From IMG/VR virus record IMGVR_UViG_3300043410_001256, positions 30,880-94,879 of that record: a stretch of DNA of 64,000 nucleotides; one strand, 5' to 3'. The position numbers and the translations under genes were made by a program. The notes under the pieces are model-generated. The model saw only the letters and a program-made list of their open reading frames with translations. It searched no databases and was not told where the DNA came from. This document shows, piece after piece, positions 17,630 through 27,402 of the stretch (position 1 is its first letter; the number at the start of each line of letters is the position of its first letter). This DNA is from a virus.

Positions 17630-20600
17630 ATGCCTAACACTACCCTCAACGGCCAGTCAGTACAAGTTGGCAAAGATCTTCAATCAACAAAAGACGCGGC
17701 CATACTACAAGCCAAGGTTAGAGCACTTCAAACGATCTACGGTAATACATTCACTGATGTGCAGGCCGGTTTGCTTCTTGTAAATGAATTCACTGAACCA
17801 GAACTAACCATAACACAAAGCCCAGACGGAACCTGGACTGTAGGTGTGTCTCTTAGTGTTGAAGATGTTGAAGTACCAGCCGACTGGGCGCCTGGGGCAA
17901 TAATAGATTATAAAACAGGCAAACTAGCAAACTTGTCTGACGTCAAGGTTTCTGACGTTACCTTGTCTGAAATCAAAGATTCTCAGGCTGTGACACCAGA
18001 GAAGGCTGTGACTACTTTAGTTGCAGACGGATTCTCAATTGAATCTTACCGACAGCAAATTGCCAGTGAACAAGAAGCACAACGACTAAAAGTTGAAGCT
18101 GACAGAACACTAGCAGGGATGGAAGACGCCAAGCGATCAGCTGTGTTGTCAATCTATCTTAAAAATAATTATTTCACTGACGAACATGTTCCTAATATTG
18201 TCAAGGTTGAAGAAAAAGACGGCAAGGTTATAGTATACGAAGGTAACGGAGCATCACGTGAACTAAGACAAGATGATCTTGATTTATACGGAACTCTCAG
18301 GAATAGCAATCTTGCTCTGTTTGAACAGCAGGACAATGAACTAAAAGCATTCAAGAACTGGGCCGCGGAAAATAGCAGACTGACCACAGGTCAAATCGAC
18401 ACGCTCACCACATACGATAGTATTTTGCGTACTGATCAATATGCTGATTTTCAATCGTATGTTGATTCGTATAAAAATGCCAACAATGGTCTTTTACCTT
18501 ATTCTAAGCCATATGATCAACTTGTTGCAATGCAGGCAGCAAAAGCAAATGCCGAAGCCGAAGCTGCCGCAAGAAAAGTTCGAGATGGCGGAGCCGCTGA
18601 TGCAGTGGATTCATCTGCACAAGCCGATGCGTCTACTGTACAAAATTTATCAGCCGAAGAGCGTATTAGAATAAACAACAACGGCAAAAGTCTTGACGAC
18701 TTGAAAAGAGAAGCAATTGGCGGAGGAACAGAATACCAAGCTAAACAGGCAGCAGCCGCTGCCGAAATAGCCAGTCGATTAGCGGCACGAGAAGCTGAAT
18801 CATCAGATGAATCATTCACACCAGTCGATGCTATTAAATCAAGTGCAAGCGATCCTAGTGTAGTAACAGATGCTCAAGCAGGAGAAGGGTTTACCAGCTA
18901 TGTTGTGGACAACCCGCTGGATCAATTTTCCAACTATACATATGGCATAGCCTTGCATGTTCTGACAGAAGAAGAACACAAACAACTGTCACAGAACGCG
19001 GCAGATTGGAAACCTTCGCACACGCTGATTGCAAGTGCAGGCAGATGGGATGAAAACGTATTCAGCACCAGCCCGCTGGATCAAACAGTTGATGGTGATC
19101 CAACTCTGTCAAAAACATTTTTACGCAGAGAGCCTGGTTGGGAACACAATTTCTTTTTTGACGGACTAAAAGTATCACAAGTTGTTGGGCCTAGTTCTAC
19201 TAATAGAACAACCAACACCATTGACATTGAATTCACTATCATTGAGCCATATGGACTCAGCCTGTTGGACAGACTGTTAAAAACATCAAAGAAACTAAAA
19301 CAGCCTACATATATGCAGTTGTGCTATATGTTGCAGATTGATTTCTATGACAGTCAATTTGGCTTATTAATTGAACATAGAAAATACATTCCAATTTCAA
19401 TCTTTGATATGAAAGTCAAAGTGTCGGGCAAAGGCAGCGAATATGTGTGTACAGCCGCACCATTCCATCATAGAAGTTTGTTGCAGTCCATGTCAACCAC
19501 TCCTGCAAACTTTGATGTGTCGTCGATGACATTGCGAGAGTTTTTTGCAGATACTAATGCCAGTGATACAAATTTAATTAACAACTCTATTGACAATCAA
19601 CGCAATGAAATTGCAAACTTGGCCAAGCAACAAAACATTGGCGAAGCAGATGCAGCCGCTAGGATATTAGAACAGAACGGAAGTCTTAAAGACAAGACTT
19701 ATGAAATCAACAGCTACATTGCTGGTGTAAACAGTTGGTACGCTAAACTAAAACAACTGAATGTGGTTGATCAAAACAGTATACCTAATTCTATCAAAGT
19801 GCGATTCCACGATGAAATTATTGCTGGAGAAAAAATGGCACGGCCCAGCGAAGTTGATTCGTCTGCAGGTAGAAGTGCTATGGCCAAGCCAGACATGCCT
19901 CGTGACCGTCCAGTGGCAGATGAAAAGAAACGTGACAGATGGTCTATCCCAGCTGGTATGGCAATTCCTGAAGTAATCAACATGGTGATGTTATCATCAG
20001 ATTATATCCGTGGGCAAGTGTTGGTAGCAAACAAAAATGAAGCTACAACAACATCTAAGAAAGGCATTGTCAAGTGGTGGAAGATTTTGCCTTCGATTTC
20101 AATTACAGGATTTGATGCCGTAATCAATAGATGGACCTACGATGTCACATACTTTGTACTACCTTATTTGGTTTACAATACAAAACATCCTAATCTGCCA
20201 AAGCAATCTCCTAAAAAAGCAGACGTAGTCAAATACTACAAATACTTGTATTCTGGCGAGAACACGTCGATCATTGATTTCCAAATTGACTTTGACATGC
20301 TGTACATTACTACTATTTCAGCATTGAAAGAAGTAAACACAGATGATGATACTCGAGATGCACAGGGCAATGATGCTACCGCAGAACAATCTGGAAAAGA
20401 CTCTAACGATAGATCTAAAAAAACTTCAAATACAATTACACCTGTGTCCTTGCTGGTTGTAAGTCAAGACCTTAGCGCAATCACTGGCAAAAAAGTTGAT
20501 AAAGATCCTGTGTCTGTTGCAATTAGTTCCATGAACGACAGCATCTACAGCAGGTCCACAGGAGACATGTTAACACTAACATTAAAAATTATCGGCGATC

Positions 20601-21214
20601 CTACGCTGATCAAACAAGACGATATATTTTTTAATGTTAACAAGTGGTATGATCCCAACGGACGTACTGCTACATCAGATGGTATAAAAGTAGATCAAGC
20701 CTATAGGTCCAATGGCGATATTACACTAAACAACAATGCATTGATCATGGATGCTGGCGAAGTTCTAGCATGGATTGATGTTGTACTGCCAACAGACATG
20801 GACGATCTTAAAGGTGGCACAGCTTCGGTAAGCACAGACACAACCACATTCAGTGGTGTATACAGAGTACAAGAAGTAGTAAACGAATTCAAAACTGGTA
20901 AGTTTGAACAAACGTTAACACTGATTAGATATCAAGAACAAGATATTGATTTTGAAGTCAAGGATGAAGAAAGAGCCGCATTGACTGATGAACAGCTTGC
21001 AGAAGAAGAAAGAATACTTGGCATACTAAACAACACCGGCGGTACTGACTCTAGCGGAGCAGTTACTACCAGCGGATCAACCAGTTCTGGTCAAGCAGTG
21101 TCTGCCGACGAAAGTGCTGGACCAAAACCTGCAAGTGAAGCACCTGAGATTGTGCCTCTACTTAATTTAGATAGACTACCTCAAAGCGAAGGTAGAATTG
21201 ATGACTTTGCATAA
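17630..21214 (+). CDS. Baseplate hub protein (gp27/gpD class) with long N-terminal extension
   Basis: FTIIEPYG, LKIIGDP, FSGVYRVQEVVNEFKTGKFEQTLTLIR; position between gp53 and gp5. Confidence 0.65.
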   Translation: MPNTTLNGQSVQVGKDLQSTKDAAILQAKVRALQTIYGNTFTDVQAGLLLVNEFTEPELTITQSPDGTWTVGVSLSVEDVEVPADWAPGAIIDYKTGKLANLSDVKVSDVTLSEIKDSQAVTPEKAVTTLVADGFSIESYRQQIASEQEAQRLKVEADRTLAGMEDAKRSAVLSIYLKNNYFTDEHVPNIVKVEEKDGKVIVYEGNGASRELRQDDLDLYGTLRNSNLALFEQQDNELKAFKNWAAENSRLTTGQIDTLTTYDSILRTDQYADFQSYVDSYKNANNGLLPYSKPYDQLVAMQAAKANAEAEAAARKVRDGGAADAVDSSAQADASTVQNLSAEERIRINNNGKSLDDLKREAIGGGTEYQAKQAAAAAEIASRLAAREAESSDESFTPVDAIKSSASDPSVVTDAQAGEGFTSYVVDNPLDQFSNYTYGIALHVLTEEEHKQLSQNAADWKPSHTLIASAGRWDENVFSTSPLDQTVDGDPTLSKTFLRREPGWEHNFFFDGLKVSQVVGPSSTNRTTNTIDIEFTIIEPYGLSLLDRLLKTSKKLKQPTYMQLCYMLQIDFYDSQFGLLIEHRKYIPISIFDMKVKVSGKGSEYVCTAAPFHHRSLLQSMSTTPANFDVSSMTLREFFADTNASDTNLINNSIDNQRNEIANLAKQQNIGEADAAARILEQNGSLKDKTYEINSYIAGVNSWYAKLKQLNVVDQNSIPNSIKVRFHDEIIAGEKMARPSEVDSSAGRSAMAKPDMPRDRPVADEKKRDRWSIPAGMAIPEVINMVMLSSDYIRGQVLVANKNEATTTSKKGIVKWWKILPSISITGFDAVINRWTYDVTYFVLPYLVYNTKHPNLPKQSPKKADVVKYYKYLYSGENTSIIDFQIDFDMLYITTISALKEVNTDDDTRDAQGNDATAEQSGKDSNDRSKKTSNTITPVSLLVVSQDLSAITGKKVDKDPVSVAISSMNDSIYSRSTGDMLTLTLKIIGDPTLIKQDDIFFNVNKWYDPNGRTATSDGIKVDQAYRSNGDITLNNNALIMDAGEVLAWIDVVLPTDMDDLKGGTASVSTDTTTFSGVYRVQEVVNEFKTGKFEQTLTLIRYQEQDIDFEVKDEERAALTDEQLAEEERILGILNNTGGTDSSGAVTTSGSTSSGQAVSADESAGPKPASEAPEIVPLLNLDRLPQSEGRIDDFA

Positions 21215-21232
21215 TCAACTAGGGACATATCA

Positions 21233-23422
21233 ATGAGTGATAAAATAACCGGTAAAAAAATACCAAAACAATATGATGAAACAGCTTCGCATGGTACCAA
21301 GCTCAGTTACGGCACTTACATTGGTGTTGTAAAAAACGTTAATGATCCTGGACGCAACGGAAAGTTAGCTGTATGGATACCGTTACTAGGCGGAGCAGAA
21401 GACGATTCCAGGAATTGGATCACTGTTAGATATGCAAGTCCTTTCCTTGGCAGCACAAATACGCCTGGTGTACAAGGGCAAAAAAGTCTAGCAAAAACTT
21501 TTTCCGCATCTTCACAAACCTACGGATTCTGGGCAGTACCGCCGGACGTTGGCAACCAGGTGCTAATAACTTTTATCAACGGAGATAGAAACAAAGGCTT
21601 TTGGTTTGCTTGTATATTTGATAGAGATGGACACTACATGGTTCCTGGTAACCCAGGCGGTGCACCAGGAACAGACTTTGATGTAAACACAGTCGAAAGT
21701 GCAACACTCAAAGGAACTATTAATCAACTTGACACAGCAAATATTCCACTGTCAGAATTTAACCGTTACGGCAAATATTCCGATCCAGTAGCCACACGTA
21801 AAAAAGCAGTACACGAATTTCTAGCACCTAGCTATATTGAACAAGGACTAGCCGGGGATATTGTAAGAGGTCCAACTCGTAGCAGTAGTCAGCGTGATAT
21901 TCCCAGCGGCGTGTTTGGATGGAGCACACCTGGCAGACCCAAAAATGATCCAGGTTACAACGCCAATCAAAACAAAAACGCTGACCCTACTAAACCAATA
22001 TACGAGCGTGTAGGTGGACACAGTTTTGTCATGGATGACGGCGACTACTACGGCCAAGGTCAGCAGATACGACTACGCAGTGCCGGAGGACATCAACTGT
22101 TAATGGACGATACTACTGGTGCGTTTTATGTAATTAATGCTGCCGGCAGTTGCTGGATTGAATTAAGTCCCACTGGACAAATGAGCGTTTACTCTGGCTC
22201 CAGTATAAACATGAGAACACGTGGCGACTTGAACTTGCACAGTGATCAAAAGGTCAGCATCTACGGACAGTCTGGCATTGAAATGTTCACAGACGGTGAA
22301 ATGATTCTTGAAGGGGCTAAACAAGTTGGCATCACTGGTGGCGACTCACTGTTTTTACACGGATTCAAGCGATGCGTAATGGCCAGTCAGAATGGCCCAA
22401 TACAAATTGATGCCAATGGACAGATTTCACTCAAGACCAAGGGTCTTGGCATCATTGATGCCGCAGGCAAACTACAGTTGCAATCGGGCAAAGCACCAGA
22501 TCTTCCAACACTACCAAAAGGTATTACCACATATGATCACGACGATACCATGGTGGCTGGTAACAACTGGGTAACTAGAAAACGTGCTACAAAGAGTACA
22601 GTTGCAGTTTTGCCAACGCATGAGCCGTGGAACAGAGAAGGATACGATGCTGTTTCTAATCAAAGAATTGGTATTGCAGATGGTCCTGCACCAAAGCAAA
22701 CATTTGTTGGCGGGGACAGAGCTGCATCCGGACGTATAATTCAATCCACAGTTCCTGAAGTAGGCTCTGCATTGCCGGACAATTACCTGGACAGATTTCC
22801 TGGTGTTAAACAAGGCTTAACAACCACGTTGGGTAGTAATTTACTACCAAAAACAAACTCATACACCAGTCGTAGCGCACCCAAAGCCACCGCACCCTGC
22901 GGTACACTGAGTCAAGACAAGCTGAGTTCTCTGCAGGCAGGTATTGCTTACTTAGAGACTCGTGGCGATCCTGAAAAAGATGGGTCTGACTATGAACAAG
23001 TGAACAGACTGCGCTATGCAGGTCGCTATCAACACGGCGCACAATCATTGGAAACGCTGGGCTATTTGAAGCCAGGGTCGTATCAGCAGTACGGAAATGC
23101 CGCCTTTGACCGCCCAGAATGTTGGTCAGGTAAAAACGGGATAAGTAATGGTAGAGACTATTTAGGCAGTCCAGGCGAGCAAGAAAAAGCACAGCAAGAA
23201 CTGACTATTAGAAACTATCGACAGCTGAGTGCCGCAGGAGTAATCACAGCAGACAGTCCACCCGAACACGTTGGCGGAATGTTGGCAGTAGCTCACTTGC
23301 TGGGCGCAGGCGGTGCAACAAGATGGGCAAGAACAGGGGATGGGCGTGATGCTAACGGCACAACAGGTGCAACGTACTATGCAGCCGGCAGCTACGCAAT
23401 ACAGAACAAGATAAGTTACTAA
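21233..23422 (+). CDS. gp5: Central spike gp5/VgrG-like with C-terminal lysozyme-like domain
   Basis: OB-fold (VKNVNDPGRNGKLAVWIP...PPDVGNQV), GHSFVMDD/GHQLLMDD, beta-helix repeats, PTHEPW, then LETRG...YAGRYQHG...AHLLGAGGA. Confidence 0.85.
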   Translation: MSDKITGKKIPKQYDETASHGTKLSYGTYIGVVKNVNDPGRNGKLAVWIPLLGGAEDDSRNWITVRYASPFLGSTNTPGVQGQKSLAKTFSASSQTYGFWAVPPDVGNQVLITFINGDRNKGFWFACIFDRDGHYMVPGNPGGAPGTDFDVNTVESATLKGTINQLDTANIPLSEFNRYGKYSDPVATRKKAVHEFLAPSYIEQGLAGDIVRGPTRSSSQRDIPSGVFGWSTPGRPKNDPGYNANQNKNADPTKPIYERVGGHSFVMDDGDYYGQGQQIRLRSAGGHQLLMDDTTGAFYVINAAGSCWIELSPTGQMSVYSGSSINMRTRGDLNLHSDQKVSIYGQSGIEMFTDGEMILEGAKQVGITGGDSLFLHGFKRCVMASQNGPIQIDANGQISLKTKGLGIIDAAGKLQLQSGKAPDLPTLPKGITTYDHDDTMVAGNNWVTRKRATKSTVAVLPTHEPWNREGYDAVSNQRIGIADGPAPKQTFVGGDRAASGRIIQSTVPEVGSALPDNYLDRFPGVKQGLTTTLGSNLLPKTNSYTSRSAPKATAPCGTLSQDKLSSLQAGIAYLETRGDPEKDGSDYEQVNRLRYAGRYQHGAQSLETLGYLKPGSYQQYGNAAFDRPECWSGKNGISNGRDYLGSPGEQEKAQQELTIRNYRQLSAAGVITADSPPEHVGGMLAVAHLLGAGGATRWARTGDGRDANGTTGATYYAAGSYAIQNKISY

Positions 23423-23430
23423 GGGTTAAC

Positions 23431-23805
23431 ATGGCATTATTCAAAGGTTTCAGCACCTACAACCGCAAAAAACAGTTCAGGCTAACTGACTTTGAATTAG
23501 TCAAACAGGACCTGTTTAACCATTTTAACATTCGCAAAGGCGAAAAACTCATGCGCCCAAACTTTGGAACCAGCGTGTGGGACTACTTGTTTGAGCCGTT
23601 TAGCAGTGAAATAACCGAAGTTATACGTGAAGAAATTGGTATAGTTGTAGGCACCGATCCGCGCTTAAAAGTTGAAAAAATATCAATTAATTCCTATGAT
23701 CAGGGACTTGAAGTTTCAATCAAATTGATCTTTGTGCCGCTGAATCTAGCCGACGTCCTGTATCTAAAATTTGACCGGGACAATCAAAAACTTGTAGCGT
23801 CCTGA
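23431..23805 (+). CDS. gp25: Baseplate wedge / sheath initiator gp25-like
   Basis: IRKGEKLMRPNFGTSVWDYLFEP...DPRL. Confidence 0.92.
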   Translation: MALFKGFSTYNRKKQFRLTDFELVKQDLFNHFNIRKGEKLMRPNFGTSVWDYLFEPFSSEITEVIREEIGIVVGTDPRLKVEKISINSYDQGLEVSIKLIFVPLNLADVLYLKFDRDNQKLVAS

Positions 23806-23811
23806 TTAAAG

Positions 23812-23836
23812 TACCAGATTTTAGATCTGGTAAATA
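23812..23836 (+). promoter_or_regulatory. Late promoter GGTAAATA fused to 21-bp palindrome
   Basis: TACCAGAT-TTTAG-ATCTGGTA (23812-23832) then AATA. Confidence 0.7.
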
Positions 23837-23856
23837 CGTGATACAGGAACAATATA

Positions 23857-26800
23857 ATGGCTGCTACAACCAGACAAACTAATTTGTTAGTACAACAGGA
23901 TTGGAAGAAGATTTACCAAACCTTCCAAAATGCTGACTTCCAAAGCTACGATTTCGAAACATTGCGTAAGACAATGATCGACTACTTACGCACTTACTAT
24001 CCTGAAGACTTCAACGATTTTATTGAAAGCAGTGAGTATGTAGCCCTGATTGACTTGATTGCTTTCCTGGGACAGAGTCTAGCGTTTCGTAATGATCTTA
24101 ACGCAAGAGAAAACTTCATTGACACAGCAGAGCGCAGAGACAGCGTTCTAAACCTGGCTCGTTTGGTTAGTTATGTTCCTAAAAGAAACGTAGCCGCTAC
24201 TGGATTGATGCGTGTTGAAGCAATCAGCACCACTGAAGCATTAATGGACAGCAACAGCATTGAATTGTCCAATGTGCCTGTTAATTGGAACGACCCTGGC
24301 AACGACAACTGGCTAGAGCAATTCAGCTTGGTGTTGAATGCAGCCTTGATTGACAGTCAGGTTGTGGGCAAGCCTGGCAACAGCCAAGCCATTGGCGGTA
24401 TTCAAACAGATGAATACAGCCTTAATATTCTTAACAACGTACTGCCAACTTTCAGCTATGAGAGCAATGTCAATGGAACATTGATGCGCTTTGAAATGGT
24501 TAGCCCTACCAGCTTGAATCAAGAATATGTATACGAGCGTGAGCCACGTCCACGCAGTATTTTCAACTTGTTGTATCGTAATGATAACCTAGGCAACGAC
24601 AGCACCAACAGTGGTTGGTTTATGTATTTCAAGCAAGGAGAACTACGCAACCTTGATTTTACTTTAGATCAAAAGTTACCTAACCGTACAGTGTCAGTTA
24701 ACGTTGACAACATCAACAACGATGACGTATGGTTGTATCAACTAGATGACAATGGCAACTATGTTGAGCTGTGGGAAAAAACTGAAAGCGTAACCGGCGT
24801 TAACATCATTTACAACACTTCAGTTAATCGTAACCTGTACCAGATCAATACTCGCGCAGGCGACCAGGTCGATCTAGTGTTTGGCGACGGTGCGTTTGCA
24901 AACATTCCAAGTGGTAAGTTCCGTTTGTTCTATCGTGTGAGCAACGGCTTGAATTATAAAATTGCGCCAGCAGAAATGCAAAACGTGTTAGTTCCAATTA
25001 CCTATGTAAGCCGCAACGGACGAGCAGAAACCTTAACACTCAGAGCGAGCTTGTATTACACTGTCAACAATGCCAATGCTCGTGAAACACTAACAGAAAT
25101 TAAAAACAAAGCGCCACAGCAGTACTACACACAGAATCGTATGATCACCGGCGAGGATTACAACATCCTGCCATTTACAAAATTCAACAGTATTCTTAAA
25201 ATCAAGAGTACTAACCGTTCCAGCTCTGGTATTAGCCGTTACCTTGACACACTAGATGTTACAGGCAAATATTCCAGCACAAACATTTTTGCTGAAGACG
25301 GAATTTTATATCGCAACGAAAGCATTGACAGTCTTGACTTTGTTCCACAAACGTCTGGAGACATCATCGGACAGTTTAATGAAATTTTGAATAATCAACT
25401 GTTGGTTAACAATTACATTGCCTTCAGTCAGTTTATCTATTCAAAGTTTCGTAGATTCAAAACAACAGACCTGGATGTAAACGGAAGTATCTTCCAATGT
25501 GCTTGGCAACAGATGACTGTTAGCACAAATCAAAGTACAGGATTTTTGTGTACAGCACAAAGTTACAATGCTACACTGAATGCAACCACTGGCAAACAAA
25601 CCACAGGAACCTTGGCACTGCCAGCATTGAAAACTGGTGCCGCAAGTTCTAACAGTCTGAAATATGTTAAGCCAGGCAGCATTATCAAGTTCCGTGCTAC
25701 ATCAGACAATGGATTGTTACCTAAATATTTTAATTCAGCAAACGAGATTGTTGACGGTTCACCAAACGCCACAGGCGATCATTTGTACATATATGCCACA
25801 GTTGTAAACGTACTAGGCGATGGTACAGGCGATGGTGTTTTAACCACAGCAGATGCTGGACCAATTACATTGAGTACATTTGTTCCTACTGGTGCGTACA
25901 TTGATGAAATCATTCCTAAGATTTACAATATTATTCCGCCAGACGTGTTGCGCTCTGCTGTTACTTTGATCAACAGCAAGAAAAACTTTGGTTTAAGATT
26001 TGATCAAATCCAAGCAACCTGGAATATTATTCAGCCGCAGGATTTGAAATTAAAACAAAGCAACAGCGTGTTGATCAACACTGATGGATACAACGCTGAA
26101 TACAGCGGAACTTATGCAGGCGACGAAACCAGTTCGTCATTGGACAGTTCTTGGATCATGGCATTTGTATCTGGTACATTTGGTTATAAAATTTACTATC
26201 GTCAGATAAACTATATCTTTGAAAGCGAACAGGAAACCAAATTCTATTTTGATCCACGTGTGCGTGTGTATGACAGTAAAAGTGCTACAACACTCAGCGA
26301 CCAAGTTAAAGTTTTACGTTCAAACAGTTTGCCTGATGGTAACACAGCTTTGTACGAAGATAAAACTTGGTTTATCTACAAAATGATTGTTGACCCAGAC
26401 GGTCGCGAAAACACAAACAAGATTCTAGTTAAATTTTCTGACAACAACCGCGACGGTGTGCCAGACAATCCTGACATCTTTGAAGAGTTAGTAAATCCTG
26501 CGGTTAACTCAAGTAGCAAGTATGTGTACTTCAAACGTACATATAATAACAACAGCTTTGAACAGTTTACGCCTATTGCCAGCACGTTGGTATCTACGCT
26601 TTATGCTTCTCAAGGCGATATTGTACAGGCTTACAATTTGTACGAAGATGGACAAATTTTTTACGCAACAGAAGAAAACAAATTCTATGACTTGAGCGTT
26701 ACAGCAAGCAGAGGGGTTGAAACTCGTACACTAACACAAAGTGCCAACGGTGAAAAATATCTATGGTTGTATGGACGTCGTGGTTTGTATTTCCAGTATC

Positions 26801-27390
26801 GTCATGCCAGCCCTTCTAATAGAAGAATTGATCCAAGTCCAAACAACATTGTTGACTTGTATATTCTAACCAAGAGTTATGCGTCAGACTATCAGTCCTG
26901 GATCAAAGATACCAGTGGTAAAGTGTCTGAGCCAATCAAAGTTGATGTTGAACAACTGCGATTGGCCTACGGTGAACTTGAGAATTACAAAACCATCAGT
27001 GATACCATTATCTACAACCCTGCTAGATTCAAGCCAATTTTTGGTGCAAAGGCCAATGAAGCACTTCGTGCTACATTCAAGGTAGTTAAAAATCCTGAGA
27101 TTGTTATCAGCGACAATGATGTCAAGGTTGCGGTGATTGCAGCCGTGAACAAATATTTTGATGTTACCAATTGGGATTTTGGTGAAAGTTTTTATTTCAG
27201 TGAGTTGAGTGCGTATTTGCACTCAGAGCTATCAACAAAGATTAGTAGCGTGATTATTGTTCCTAAGAGTACACAGCAAAACTTTGGTAATTTGTATCAA
27301 ATCAACGCTGAACCTGATGAAATAATTATTAGTTGTGCTACGCCAGATGATGTTGAAATTATAACTGCTATTACCGCAGTTCAATTGTAA
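23857..27390 (+). CDS. gp6: Baseplate wedge subunit gp6-like
   Basis: DFETLRKTMIDYL...ARENFIDTAERRDSVLNLARLVSYVPKR, LVFGDG, YYTQNRMITGEDY, WDFGESFYFSEL. Confidence 0.9.
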   Translation: MAATTRQTNLLVQQDWKKIYQTFQNADFQSYDFETLRKTMIDYLRTYYPEDFNDFIESSEYVALIDLIAFLGQSLAFRNDLNARENFIDTAERRDSVLNLARLVSYVPKRNVAATGLMRVEAISTTEALMDSNSIELSNVPVNWNDPGNDNWLEQFSLVLNAALIDSQVVGKPGNSQAIGGIQTDEYSLNILNNVLPTFSYESNVNGTLMRFEMVSPTSLNQEYVYEREPRPRSIFNLLYRNDNLGNDSTNSGWFMYFKQGELRNLDFTLDQKLPNRTVSVNVDNINNDDVWLYQLDDNGNYVELWEKTESVTGVNIIYNTSVNRNLYQINTRAGDQVDLVFGDGAFANIPSGKFRLFYRVSNGLNYKIAPAEMQNVLVPITYVSRNGRAETLTLRASLYYTVNNANARETLTEIKNKAPQQYYTQNRMITGEDYNILPFTKFNSILKIKSTNRSSSGISRYLDTLDVTGKYSSTNIFAEDGILYRNESIDSLDFVPQTSGDIIGQFNEILNNQLLVNNYIAFSQFIYSKFRRFKTTDLDVNGSIFQCAWQQMTVSTNQSTGFLCTAQSYNATLNATTGKQTTGTLALPALKTGAASSNSLKYVKPGSIIKFRATSDNGLLPKYFNSANEIVDGSPNATGDHLYIYATVVNVLGDGTGDGVLTTADAGPITLSTFVPTGAYIDEIIPKIYNIIPPDVLRSAVTLINSKKNFGLRFDQIQATWNIIQPQDLKLKQSNSVLINTDGYNAEYSGTYAGDETSSSLDSSWIMAFVSGTFGYKIYYRQINYIFESEQETKFYFDPRVRVYDSKSATTLSDQVKVLRSNSLPDGNTALYEDKTWFIYKMIVDPDGRENTNKILVKFSDNNRDGVPDNPDIFEELVNPAVNSSSKYVYFKRTYNNNSFEQFTPIASTLVSTLYASQGDIVQAYNLYEDGQIFYATEENKFYDLSVTASRGVETRTLTQSANGEKYLWLYGRRGLYFQYRHASPSNRRIDPSPNNIVDLYILTKSYASDYQSWIKDTSGKVSEPIKVDVEQLRLAYGELENYKTISDTIIYNPARFKPIFGAKANEALRATFKVVKNPEIVISDNDVKVAVIAAVNKYFDVTNWDFGESFYFSELSAYLHSELSTKISSVIIVPKSTQQNFGNLYQINAEPDEIIISCATPDDVEIITAITAVQL

Positions 27391-27402
27391 TGAAGTGATA
27401 GA

